A stretch of 64,000 nt of DNA from Antedon mediterranea (lineage: Eukaryota > Animalia > Echinodermata), in NCBI RefSeq assembly GCF_964355755.1, contig NC_092672.1, forward strand, positions 23,883,237 to 23,947,236, written 5' to 3'. The notes under the pieces are model-generated. The model did not search any database. It was not told the origin of the DNA and was given only the letters and a program-made list of their open reading frames with translations. Below, in pieces: positions 13,291 to 26,700 of the stretch (its first letter is position 1; the number at the start of each line of letters is the position of its first letter). A program made the translations under genes and the position numbers.

Positions 13291-14111
13291 AAAACATAAC
13301 TGAACTTGAAAATTGTCAACTTTCTTAACAAAAAATATGACGAAACAGTTTTTAAAGTCCAAGATTTCTTAACCTTTTTTTTACGGTTACGTTGGTGGTT
13401 AATGGAGTTTGTTACGCACGTTGGTTGTTGATTTTTGTTACGTCAGAGGTTAATGTTACATTGGTAGTAGATTGTTACATTAGTGGGTGTTTGTATACAT
13501 GCGTCCGCATGAACCGCATTAGTTTTACCCTCACCAAGTTCTTTTCTGTTTTGTGAAAATGATGAGAATGTAAATGATTACATGTTATGTCGCCATAGGT
13601 TATAATATATACATTGTTCATTCTGATTAAAATATCCATATAAAGATGCATACAGTACAGAAAACAAACAAAAAACATCCATTCTGAAAGTATCATAATA
13701 CTAATGCAGCAGTACTAGGCCTGGCCCACACTTTGAATGAAGAATAGATTAATTTTTTTTACCTATGGTATAGTTAGAAATCGTTTACAATATAATAACT
13801 ATTGATTGTTCTAATTAAAACATTACCATTAATTCGTTTCTTTAAAATTTATGCATGATTTTCCTTGTATACTTAGGAACTTTCGATTAGACATATACCC
13901 TCTGGTTAATATAGATCCCGAGTTTCCGAATTCTAGAAAATGGAAACAATCTCAGAAAATCTGAGTATTCTTAATTAAATCTAGAAAAACACAGATGTTG
14001 GCCTATGGGTTTTCTAGATAAATCTAGAAACTCATATATATCCGAGATCTGAGATATATATCCAAGATCTGAGTTTATAGACACCCTTCTTAGGTTATAA
14101 ATAAAGATTAA

Positions 14112-14391
14112 CCCTTTGAAGACGCGAGGTTTCTACCCCAAGTCACTGAGGCTAAAATAAGGTATTTTTAATAGGTTTAGGAAAAATGCAAAATACATTT
14201 TTAACTGTAACTTTCTGCAACTACTTTACTTTCTGCCTTCCGAAAAATGTCATTTTTTTACCTAGGTCAAAGTCAAATGCTCAAAAAGTGCAATTTCAGT
14301 GACCCCCAAAAGTCAACCCGTACATATACGAGCCTCGCGTCCTGGGAGAGTAAATTACCCCGTGTGGGAAACGGATCACGTCTTCAAAGGG
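14112..14391. mobile_element. piggyBac-type MITE (280 bp)
   Basis: TTAA TSD at 14108-14111 and 14392-14395; TIR CCCTTTGAAGACG(C/T)GA. Confidence 0.9.
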
Positions 14392-14754
14392 TTAAATAAG
14401 GATATAACCTCTAGTCAATGGAAAAAAATAACATTAACGATTTAGTTCTTTGGAAGGAGACGCCTGTTTAGTTCATGTTTCATCATGAAATTAGAATTTA
14501 GCCTGTGGCTAACGAGACAGAATAGGCCTATAGGCCTAATTCAAATAATTATTTTATATACAAATGAAGCAAAGTTAGTACCGTATACCAAAACATTTAA
14601 TACTTCTAGAATATCAAATGGCCATCTTCAAAAAGTTCTACATTTGTCTGTGGCATACCATTCAGAAGATTATCAATTTCGTCTTCTCCAATGAAGTCCC
14701 CTATGTCTTCCTCTCTGCTGTAATAATCGCATGTAGAGACTGGAATAAACTCCG

Positions 14755-17700
14755 TTAAACCAGCGTGTGCGTTGTCTCTTTTACACGTAGAACCTCATCT
14801 AATTTCCAGTAAGGATCTGTAACGTTCTCTCGTTCACATTTTTCTGACTTCTGAGGTTTATCCGAGGAAACTGACTTCATTGGCGTGTAAGGATTTGAGT
14901 CCTGCTTATTTCTTGTGCTTTCCACGAGTAATGGAGACAATTGCAGTGCATCATCATCACCTGTTTGTTGCAGGCGGAAGTATGCCGTGCTTTCCTCTTT
15001 AACTGCCATTTTGTCAGTGGTAACTGGTGATGAGTTTATAAAACCACTTTTCGTAACTGGTGAAACTTGGTCGATAGACGGTACAACCATGTAAATGTTT
15101 TTCCCTTCTATCTGAGAATCAGGACTAAACTCTTGAAATCCTTGATCAGAACTTGTTGAACTGCGGTACGATGTAGGTAAGTCCGACTTCTTCGTCTTCA
15201 AATCATCAAAAACTTCCTTTTCTACTGATCGTGGACGAACGGGGCTAATTTCCTAAATAAAAGAGATATCTTTATTAAACATGTTATTTCACGTCTGTTA
15301 GGACAAATACAGTGAATGCGTGGTTCTAAACAACATTTCATTACCACGCAAAGTGGATTGAATTTCGTGAAATACACACCTACATCATTTAGCTAGAGGA
15401 CCCTAATATTATTTTTAATGAAAGGATCTACACGGGTTATCCTTATTAAAGATGACAAATAAATAATAAATCATCTAGGCTGCCTAGCTCTTAAAGATGT
15501 ATTGTCCCCCCAAAAACCTGAAAAATGAAGATTAATTAAATCAGAATTTGGATAGGTTATAATAAAGTTTATCACTTCCATAGAAAAAAACGAAAAAAAA
15601 ATGTTTTTACTTACAAAATGACAAAATAAATGGTTAAATTTAACCAAAACCCACTGGCTGGCAGCCAATATGACTATTGTTTACTTTAAATTACTGATTT
15701 TTCAGGTAAATACATTCAACAAAAAAAGGATGTATTGTCTTTAACTTGAAAGCAATAAAGACATGATATTTACCACTTTGAAGAATTTTGGTTCAGGCCA
15801 TTCAATGAAAATTCGCTTACGTATATACGCATTAAAAGCTCCAAAAAACAGCATAACAAATAAGATAATAATTCCCACCACAAGAAACGGAATGATAAAT
15901 TCATCTGAAAGTACAACATATCATGAATTGTTGCAAATTTTCTGAAAACATGAACATTGTAAAAGAAAAACAAGAGAAACAATCATTTTTTTCTCTATAT
16001 GGATTATGAACAATATACGATCACATCTAAAACAATAGAGGCACTTCTTTAATTTGATCACACAAATGCACCCAAAATATTATTCAAGCAGGTAGTAAAA
16101 TTACGCTATTTTCAGATTAACGTATGGCTATTGGTAAATTTGCCATGAGAAGATATTATATGCAATAGTGAAGCTATTTCTAAGCATTCAGTAGTAGAGA
16201 AACAACAACAAGTAGGCCTAACATTGTCGCAATTAAACTCGACATGTGTGCTATTCTAAAGTGTAATAATTGTTAATAGGCTTATTCACATACTAGGCTC
16301 ATCTTGCACTGCAACTGTATTCAGAGTTACGGTTCTCTCGGTCACCAAACCTAAAAAAAAATGAAATTGGTAAATATGAGGCTCTAATGTCTATCTCTAG
16401 TTATACATTATGTGATGAAGTAAAATAGATTATGCAAATTTGTCAACATTAAAGTAAAGTAAGTGTTGAGCACTTTTCACATACTAGGCTCATCTTGCAC
16501 TGCAACTGTAGGCCTATTCAGAGTCACGGTTCTCTCGGTCACCAAACCTAAAAAAAAATGAAATTGGTAAATATGAGGCTCTAATATCTATCTCTAGTTA
16601 TACATTATGTCATGAAGTAAAATAGATTATGCAAATTTGCCAACATTAAAGTAAAATAAGTGTTGAGCAATTTTCAGAATATTACCGTAGCTTTTGAGAA
16701 GAAGACAAATGATTTCCTTACTTTACTCAATGATACAGAAAATTGGTGCATACTTTTGATTCTGATTTAACCATATTATAATGAAACCATTGTTTACTAT
16801 TAGTTGTTTAAAGATGTATTGTCCCTTTGACTAATTCCAAAAAAAATAAAAAATAACAGATTTCGAAAAAAAATGGGTCAATTTGAAGTATCATAATAGT
16901 AATTTAACTTTCAATAAAAATTAGTCGAAAAAAAAATCATTCAACTGAATTACAAACGGTTTTTTGTTACAAAAATAACTGTGACTTCCAGTCAAAGTTT
17001 TCGATCAAAACATATCCCATAATGCAACGCGCTTGCTAATGAATTATGCATACGACTCCTTTTTTGGCTTGTTTATTTCGGTACGTACCGCAAGAGAACA
17101 CACGTGTGAGTTGATTATCATCGTTCATCGCGAGAGAGACGAACCCGTGGTAAAGGATGGGTAAACGAGGCCCTTATTCTGGATTGAGATCATCGGAAAA
17201 GAAAAGGCGCAAACTTACACGTAATGTAGCGTCAAATGCTCGCAGAATTTTGCTAAACTTCGATACATTTCAGAGATGGACCGTAGTAAAAGAAGCAAAT
17301 AATTTAGCAAGTAATTCTGATGTTGCAAATTTTTTGCTTGACAGGTAACTTCTCTCTTTAGTACAGTGTCCATCGGCTCTAGGGATTAGTTAGGGCCTTT
17401 TATTTAGTAAAATAGGCAATACTAGGCCTAGTAAGTAATGATAATTATTATTATTGGTACTATAGTTCCACAGAGTTATAGATAGCCTAATTATTTTGAA
17501 TTTAGTATAATACTAATAATAATAAATAGGTTAGGTTAGACCTCCAGGCTAGGCCTAGCCTATCTATACTAACTACTATATAGCCTATACTACTACTACT
17601 ACTACTAGGCCTGCCTACCTTTGCAATTAGATGAATCGTTCGAAAACAGGCGGATTGATAGGCCTAGCTAGATAGAGTAATACAACACACCTTTCGTAGT

Positions 17701-20700
17701 ACAGCAGGTATTTTGAGACAGAAAGTATACTTTTATTTAGTGTTAGTGTTATATATAATCTAGCATAGAATAGCTAGCCGCTAGGCCTATGCCTAATTAA
17801 AATCATAGATCCGGTTACCTAGCTGAACATACACACAGCACAGGTCCTACCATTTTTTTTAATAAAAAAATTGGCCACCCATGACGAAAAGGTTTACCTC
17901 CTAACCATTTGACTTGGAATTTTAAGTAGATAATTGATTACAATACCATCTGTTTGGTAGTGAGGGCCTTCACAAACAGGGCTGGTAAAATAATTATTTT
18001 CCTAGCTAGAGTGGGAATTAACTTTGGTACCTCCTCTGTTGTTACATTACTAGGGCTAGCCAGTGTCAATTTTAGTACAGTATTAATTTGATGATTTGGT
18101 ATATTAATTTTTTTTTAAATTTAAATTGTAAAATTGTTTTCCCTTATTCTATACCTCTTCACACTGTGCTTTATTGTTTTACGTTTAGTCATGCAGAAAG
18201 ACATAGCACAGCTTCTGGGCCGACCAGGACAACAGTTTCTACTCACCTTCCTACAACATCGACGCCTATAGAAGGTGCTTATTTAAGAACTACACTATCT
18301 GGTGGTTCAGATACAAGGTATGAAAATTTAGATATAATACAAATTTTGTTATGAAATATATTACTAATAATATTAATACCGTACTTAAATTAGATCACAT
18401 GGGATTCACATAGTGAACGGTTGCTTTCTACACTCACGATTACATGGCTTCAACACTCACTACTAACTGACTTCTCAATAGGAACTCTACAAATATAACT
18501 ATAAAATATAGAAATTGTCATTGATCATAAATTGTTCTTTAGAATTTCTTCAATATCTGGAATTGATAGATTTAGCAGTAACTCAAGTACTGTAACCGCT
18601 TTTCCAAGTGCTTCTGAAGATGGAAGGTAAGTTTAAACTAAAATTGCAGCGCTTTAACTTTTCTGTTTCACTTAATTCCAATGGAATGAACACAGCAAAA
18701 TCCTTGTCTGTGGCTTGATAATACCCTGCACTCTTTATACACTATGCCAATCTGATTACTGTTATTGAGAATTAAAATGGCATTAAAACTGTTATTTTTT
18801 TAGTATAAGCAACATTAAAGAAGAGGACAGACCCAGATGCTCTGCTGAAATATTAAAGTAAATGAATTCTGTATACTTTTCATTTTATATGTTACAATGT
18901 ATTAATTTTAATTACATAGTTTAAAATCCTTTCCCCCTCGATTGCTAGTGTTTCTAATCACACAATTAAGAGGTTGACATCATTGCACAAGTATTACTAT
19001 TATTCTTTCAGTATGACCATTGACATTAACTTGTCAAGTGAATCTGAGTCAGAGAGCACTTGTGATGAAGATGAAGATTATGATTTATATGAACCATCAT
19101 TTGACATAAGCCTTTGGTAAGTCATCATCTATTCCTTTAACCTAAACTTCATTGTGATGCAGTAAAGCATCATTTAAAAAAAATTAATGTTTGAAATTAA
19201 GTCATACATACATTTTTCAGTCCCAACAATGCACTTAACCTCAGAGAAACCTCATTCGTTGAAGAGGAATTTGAAATTGAGGCAGAAAATGATGATCCAT
19301 CCAGTCAGATTGAGGAGGACATTGAAGGGGTGGAAGTTGAAAGCCCTTATGTTAAACACATTGATATTATGGAAGAGTCTGACTTTCTTATAAAAGATGA
19401 AACCTGCATAGTGTACTTAAACTGTTTGAAAACCTTGGCAGAAATCAAAATCAACAAATCTTGTACTAGAAAATCCTGTAGTAGTCCTGTTGATCTGCAT
19501 TCAAAGTTTGTTGGTTCTGCTGTGTATTTCAAATGGGTAAAAAGTCTTACTTTCAATTTTTGTAAACATTTTATCTTAATTTAATAATTCATAATTCTAA
19601 TTAATTCCTGAAACCAATTTATGAACAAGTCTATGGTACCATCAAACAATGATGGTTGCTATGTAATGTGTTTCAGCTTGTCAAATGACTTATTTTATGA
19701 AATTGGTTTAATGGTTTATTTAATAAATATATTATTGTGATCTACTTAGATTTGTACAAATGGCCACCTGAACAACAAATGGTGTTCTCAACCAATTCTA
19801 AAGAACAAATTGCATGGAGGGGATTTGTTAATGTCTACGGCACTTTTAGCTTCTGGAAACAACTATGCAAAGATTGCTCTTCTGGCCAAGTTTTTAAAAC
19901 TTCATATTCTGAATGTCAACACCTACTATAGAATTCAGAGAAAATATCTTGTGCCTGCAGTTACTGAATTATGGGAAGATACCCAGAAAGAAATCTTGAC
20001 AGCACATGAAGGAAAAGATGTTGTACTGCTTGGTAGGTATTATAATATAAAATGGAGGTGTATGGAAAAAAAATAAATGTGACTAAACTAAAGTTCATAG
20101 GTCAAGGCTTCATTGTGCAAATGAAAATGCAGGATGGAACTAAATTACTGAAAAACGCTAATATTGTTTTTGACGAGTTATAGTGAAGAGAAATTCTATT
20201 AAAAACTGTTGTTAGTGGTGGTCAGGTACAAATCTACTTATATACAATACAAGAACGTTATTACTGTAAATATTTTTTTTTCATAGGAGATGGAAGGATG
20301 GACAGTCCAGAACACTCTGCCCAATTTTGCACATATACTATGATGGACAATGCTGACAAAAGTATTTTGTCAATTATGACAATTGATAAGCGGGAGACAG
20401 AGGGCAAAAGTAGGATTTCAGAAGAGTGTTTCATTTCTCAAACAACAAAATGTGAATGTCGTTGAATGTGTAACCGATGCACACTTACAGATTGGCGCAT
20501 TGATGAGTATGTTTTATTTTTACATCGTAATTCTAGATGATCACCAAAATCTAAAATAAATTTTTGATTAACATGTTTTTATTCTGTAAAATATGGTTTA
20601 TTTTTATATTTGTTTTTCTTCATCACTCTAGAAAACGAATATCCAGACATCAAACACTCACACGATATTTGGCATGCTGCCAAGAATCTAGCAAAAGCAT

Positions 20701-23700
20701 TGGTTGCAGTAAGTTTTTTGGTAATTTGCAGACAATGTAAATTATTTTATTATAGTTATACCCTAATTTCATAATATGTAAAATAGGATATTTATTATAC
20801 AAATTAATACTAATCTTTTGTTTCATTGGTATTTTTTATACAATTTAACAGGCTGGTCAGAAGAAAGACTGCAAAGTCTTATTAAGTTGGAGCAAAGATA
20901 TTGTAAACCATTTCTGGCATACCTGCGAGACTTCAAAGACATATGATGAATTTCTTGTATGTACATGTTTTAATTTAATGGTGCACATACTGTATATACA
21001 CTCTCAAAGACAAGTTATATTGTTCTTGAACATAAACTTTAGCACAAGATCTTCTTTATTGTGGAATTAATTTCTTTATTCTGGTTCTACTATGTTCATC
21101 AATTTTAAAGGCTCACAGCTATCTTCAGATACTGACATTGTCATATTATCTCTGTGTGTATCTGATATTGTATCCATTTTTTCCATATTTAAAAAAAGAA
21201 ATCTGTATTTGAGATATGTATTTTACTGATTTTCTTGTTCAATGATAGGGAATATGGTGTGGAATTCTTCACCATGTGGTGGATGAACACCAGTGGGCTT
21301 TATCATATAGTGATGTTGGTACAGCCTCCTGTAGTCATGGACCTCTTGAGAGCGAGAGACAAAAGGGATGGATGACAAAGGGTCATCCAGCGCACGATGC
21401 ACTACGAAAGATCGTCCTAAACAACAGATTCCTAAAGAAAATCCCATATTGGCTTAATTTTCGGTGAGCAAATTGATTAAAAATAGAGGAATGGTTTAGA
21501 CTGTACAAGCATTTCTGTGCATATTCTGTAGTATTGATTAAAGCTAAAAAAAAAAAAAACAGGTGCTCTAAACAATAAATATACATTTCAACAGAACAAT
21601 ATACACATAATAAACACATTTATTAGTATTACTTTAAAACTTGCATATTTTATTGCATTTGACAACAGTATTGACTTAGCTATTTATATATACATATTGT
21701 GTATTTTTAGTGGAACTGCTGAACTGGAAAATTTCCACCAATGTATTTTGATGTATGCGGCCAAAAGATTCCATTACAGTCCACCAATGTACAAAGTAAG
21801 GAATCTTCTGGCAGCATTGGATTACACAGCAAACCATCAACGAGAGATCAAGAAAAATAAAGATGGGACCACAAGGTACATTCCATAGTTTTTTACAGTT
21901 GAATATTAATTGGCTATATTAATTACTAAATACCGTACTACATATGAAACCGACAAGTCTATTCTTAAATCAATTGTATCTTTATGCCATGTACAACGGA
22001 ACTAGCTACAGGTATATGGGCAAAAGAAATTTGACAATTAATTTTAAAATCGGTTTTCCCGAATTGCAATCTAAGCAAAATATTCCAAATTGCTGTCAAA
22101 AATTATAAACAATTATTTTCTGTTGTGTAGATATCAACGCTTATTTAACAAAAAAAGTAAGAGGTGGACAGTGGTGCCTGTTAAAGAAGAAAAGGATTAC
22201 AGCTACATCCAGAAATTGGTGGAAATGGTTGTATACAAAAGACTACTTGATGAAACTAGCATGTAAACAGTAACAGGCTTAGGAGAAGATGACCCAAGAA
22301 GGCTCAGCAGAAACATTGCTTCAGTACCAGCACCACCAACTCATCAACTAGTTGAAGAGAAATTGTCAAGATTTTAAACAAAACTATGATGTATCAGTTA
22401 CCTTTCTATTCGTGCAAACAGTACTGGGCAATTCCTGTTAAGTTTTTAATGTATTCAGTTAAAAATGATTTATTTTTTTCTGTTATGGTACTAAAATGAG
22501 CAATTAAATTTGGAAATCTATTTGTGGGAATTGTACAAAGGGACAATACATCTTTAAATTCGTCCTGGTTGAAAACCAACATACTGGCCAAATGCATCGG
22601 GGTATTTGTCCCGTACTGCCCATACACAACTGGGTATTATATTCTGATGCCAATACCGAGACGACCATGTGGTCACAAAACATACTGCCGGTAGGCTGTA
22701 TGTTTATGACCCCTATTCCATTTGTTGTCCATAGGCGCTGCTAATATATCTTGATGATAGGCTCGTGCCAATTGCAACATTGCTTCATTTAGAATGAGCA
22801 ACTAAAAGTCCTAAAATGAAAAAAAAAATGTTTATTTAGTATTTTTTGTTTAGTTTATGTTATGCACTATTTTTCAAAATAATATAAGCTGGTAACAGGT
22901 CTGTATTTTAACAACAGTACTTATTAAAAATAAAGCAGAACTTTTAAAATTAGTTTGACAAAAAGACAATTCTTTTTGTGTTTTTTTAGATACACTATAT
23001 CGACACTTTATCATTGTAATGCATTTTATCAATAAGTATGTTAAATTAATATACTGTAATGTTTCACACGTGCAATTACCTGAAATTTGTTGTGTTTTCG
23101 TGTGTATAGCCACAGCCCACTCTTTCATTTTCAGTTTGAATTTGCCAGCAGTTGTTGCAAACACACCAACTTGGTGTAGTTGCTGGTGGTACAGGATGAT
23201 GACCTCCCTCTGGTACTTTTTCTCTGCTGCTTCCTTTAGTTAGTAGGTCTTTAGCCTCTACCTCTGTCAATGCATTAATTTTAACCTAAAGTAAAATAAA
23301 ATTGTTATAAATTGTTTACTGCTAAATATGGAAATATGAAATATTTATCGTGAGGAATCTTTGCCATTTGCCACCAGAATTTCAAATGTTGAACCAGGTT
23401 TCACAATATCTTTTTACCTTTATGTATTACTGGTCCATTGACAAGTAACATTAACAGTGAAGCTAATTAGTTGCGAATATTTCTAAAAGTATTGTCACAA
23501 AAATAGTAAATAACCACAGATCCTATAGATTTTTATATATATTGTATATGGAAATTATAGTATTAATTATTAGTAACATATTTCTAATTAAAAAATCCCA
23601 AGGATATGATTAGTGTATTTCTTTTTATATACAGTACAATTCAATAGTTAGGCTACTACTACTAGTAATAGGCTAGTCTTTAAAAATAGAACTGGCATCT

Positions 23701-26700
23701 CTCGTCAAAATCACGAATCAGTTGCCAGTACAGTGGGCTAACTTGGGCACATTTTACTAGCCTATACTCGATAATTAGTAATGATGAACTGATCGGACCT
23801 GGCAAAAATTAATACGGGTAGCCAACGAATACTTAAAAATGAGTTTAAAGCATAGGCCTAATATTAATAAAAAGACAACGTGAACCTGAAAGGTAGACCT
23901 ACCTACCTAGAGTAGCCTAGGCTAGAGTAGAAGGCTAGGCCTACTATCCTAGGTAGGTACTGTGCAAGTTACAGCTTAGAGCTAGGCTTAGTAGTAGTAG
24001 TAGCCTAGAGAATCTGAACTAGGCCACAAGTATACATTTTATTTGAGAGAAACTAAGTAAAAAATAGTAATATATTTACCGATAAATCTATGGGTTTCTT
24101 GAATACATTAAAACAAAATTCGTTCCGCAACTAGGCCTAGGCATACACTGCCGGCCGCGCCGGCGGCGCGCGTTACGTACAGTTTGGCTATATTATATGC
24201 ATAATCATAAAACTTCCTCTCTCGCGCGATATGTGTAAAAACATCTCCTCAACCGTGACAAGTTGTAAACAATCTTAATTAGCATATCATGCATAATTCA
24301 TACCCGTGGTTTGAAATCTTTGTTTACTTTCGCTCGGAATGATTTTCCAGACGAAATTTAATCAAACTAATTTACCTGTTAATTACGTAAACTTGTTGTT
24401 TTTGGCTCGAATTTTTAACTTAAAGTGAATAACTTTAATATTACTTTGATATGGCCAATTTAAATTTAGAATATTTTGACCTTCATTTTTTGTGTTCAAA
24501 GGGACAATACAACTTTAAGGATTAATTGACGATTAAAACAAAGTTTACCCCGAATATGGGTGTTTTCCAAATACATGCACAAGCGAACCCTCTAGGTTTA
24601 ATAAAGAGACATAGGCCAACACACCTTGTTTCAAGCATTTGAACTCATATAATATCCTGGTTGGAGGACCTTCGACTTCGACTTTAAACGTGTCTACCTG
24701 AACACTCCTTAGCTCTAGATTATAGACAATGGTGTTCTCTGTGATGTTGTTGCACGGCACATTTATGTCAATGTTATTCAATGTTAATTCTTCCTCAACT
24801 CAATTCTTCTTCATTCAGTGATTGTCCATTATAGGTTCCCGTAATGCGGTATAAGTACTGAGTTTCATCATTTGGTGTTTCCCATTGGAGTGACAAGACG
24901 TTTTCGTTTTCTGACGATGTGGCGTTCACGTCTATGATCATAGAAACTACAAAAACCAATTTTTCATTATTTTTAGACAATAAAAAAGAAAATATTCTAG
25001 TCACGTATGGTATATATTGGTCGAGAAGGTAAACTGTTCTTTTTATATACATTATGAGGATTTTGATATTTAATTTCATTTGGTCATTATTAATGCAAAT
25101 ATGATTAGTGAGCACATAAAGACAACTTTATTTTGCAGCTGTCACCAGATACTATCTAGCCTACTATTGTAAGTCAGTTAGATACAAATCGAGGTGGATT
25201 AAATACACTATAGTGACAGCTGTAAAATTGGATGTAATGACCCTAATCATTACAAATGGTTATTTGAACATTGAATGCAATTTACAATCTTGTAGAAACG
25301 ATCTAGGGACTAGGTATACGTATTCCAAATGACTTTAAAACTCACTGGGTAGTGTGACAATTGGACTCCAATCACTGAACTGGTGATATAGGCCTAATGA
25401 AAACCTTGATCGCACTTGAAATTCATATTCAGCTACCGCTGTCGTAATCTCCTCAATAATTATCTGCTTTTTATGCTGTTTTTCAATCTAATAAAACAAT
25501 TCGCTTTTAGTCACCTTGTCAATCATTGGGAGCTACATGACCTTATTTTCTTTTGAAGCGTTTTGTTACGTTTAAGAATCGTTCAATTTTCTAACGAAAC
25601 TGTATGATCACGAGCGTCAAATGTTTCAGATGTGTTGTAGAAGATGACTGAATTATTTTTGTCATGTCATGACAGTAGCTTACCACAAAATCAGTGCAAG
25701 TATTTTCACTTGCACTGCTGATGGAGGGCAATAAGTACTACCTGAAATTTTGATTTAGATCTTTGCTTATTATATTTTTCATCTCCATTTGAGATCTAGC
25801 CACTGATACCTACAGTCTTGTCATTTTTTAGTAATTTGCCTTTAGGTTAATAAATAAATTAAAATAAATAAATCCTGCATAACGGAATAACAATCTTTTA
25901 AAAAGCGTGCTTTATTATTTTGAAGATTTGTTTAATGAAGCCAAACAACGTAATCTTTTTGAAGAAAGTGAGTCGGAAATATTCTACAAATATGTTGTTT
26001 AACGATTTGAAATATATATTATACACAAACGTAATAAACATATATTTATTGCCGATTCTACTACATTCAAATTGAATGAGTTGGTACATTCGTGATATAC
26101 GATAGTTATTCCACAATTTGTTGTCTCCTGATGATAAAAATATGACAAAACAAATAGTGAAATTGATTGTAACTTCATACCTCTTCTGTCCATGTTTCAT
26201 TTAAACGTCTGTAACGAAGTTGAAACCATAGCGAGTTACAATAATAGCAATCTTCTTGTAATTTCCAGAATACTATGACGTTTGATTCCCCCACTGAAAC
26301 TCTATCAATTAATGGTGACAAAGGTACGGCTGAAAATACAACAAAATTAAACGATTAGATCGTGCGTACAGCCATGAGAGTTACTTCAGTGAATCTTTAA
26401 TTTAGATAAGTAACGTCTGCCGTACATCAAAAGACGGTTGTAGCATAACAACAGAATCATTGAGACATTCTAAGGTTACTGAACATTAGTTCATTTAGGA
26501 GACACAAAAGCAAACCTAACTTTACTAGTGTTTATTCGTCATGCTAATCTTCAAACAATTTAGATATTATTTAAGATTAAAAATTATGATTTTTGTTATG
26601 TTATACTTCAAAAGCTCATTGAACGAAACCCCGTATCCCCGCCGGATAAATCACACAAGTCACGTAAAAGGGATTAGACATTTGATCTTCTGTGGTGCTT

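Larger units (their letters stand above)
16812..24514 (+). mobile_element. Kolobok DNA transposon, full length (7.7 kb), defective
   Basis: TTAA TSD 16808-16811 and 24515-24518; 19-bp TIR AG(A/T)TGTATTGTCCCTTTGA (18/19 match); convergent transposase and KolX genes. Confidence 0.93.

Noticed and set aside
26050-26127. Possible extra receptor exon (ETTNCGITIVYHEC...)
   Set aside because: Would need a 53-nt intron and has no convincing GT donor; the FN3 reads well without it
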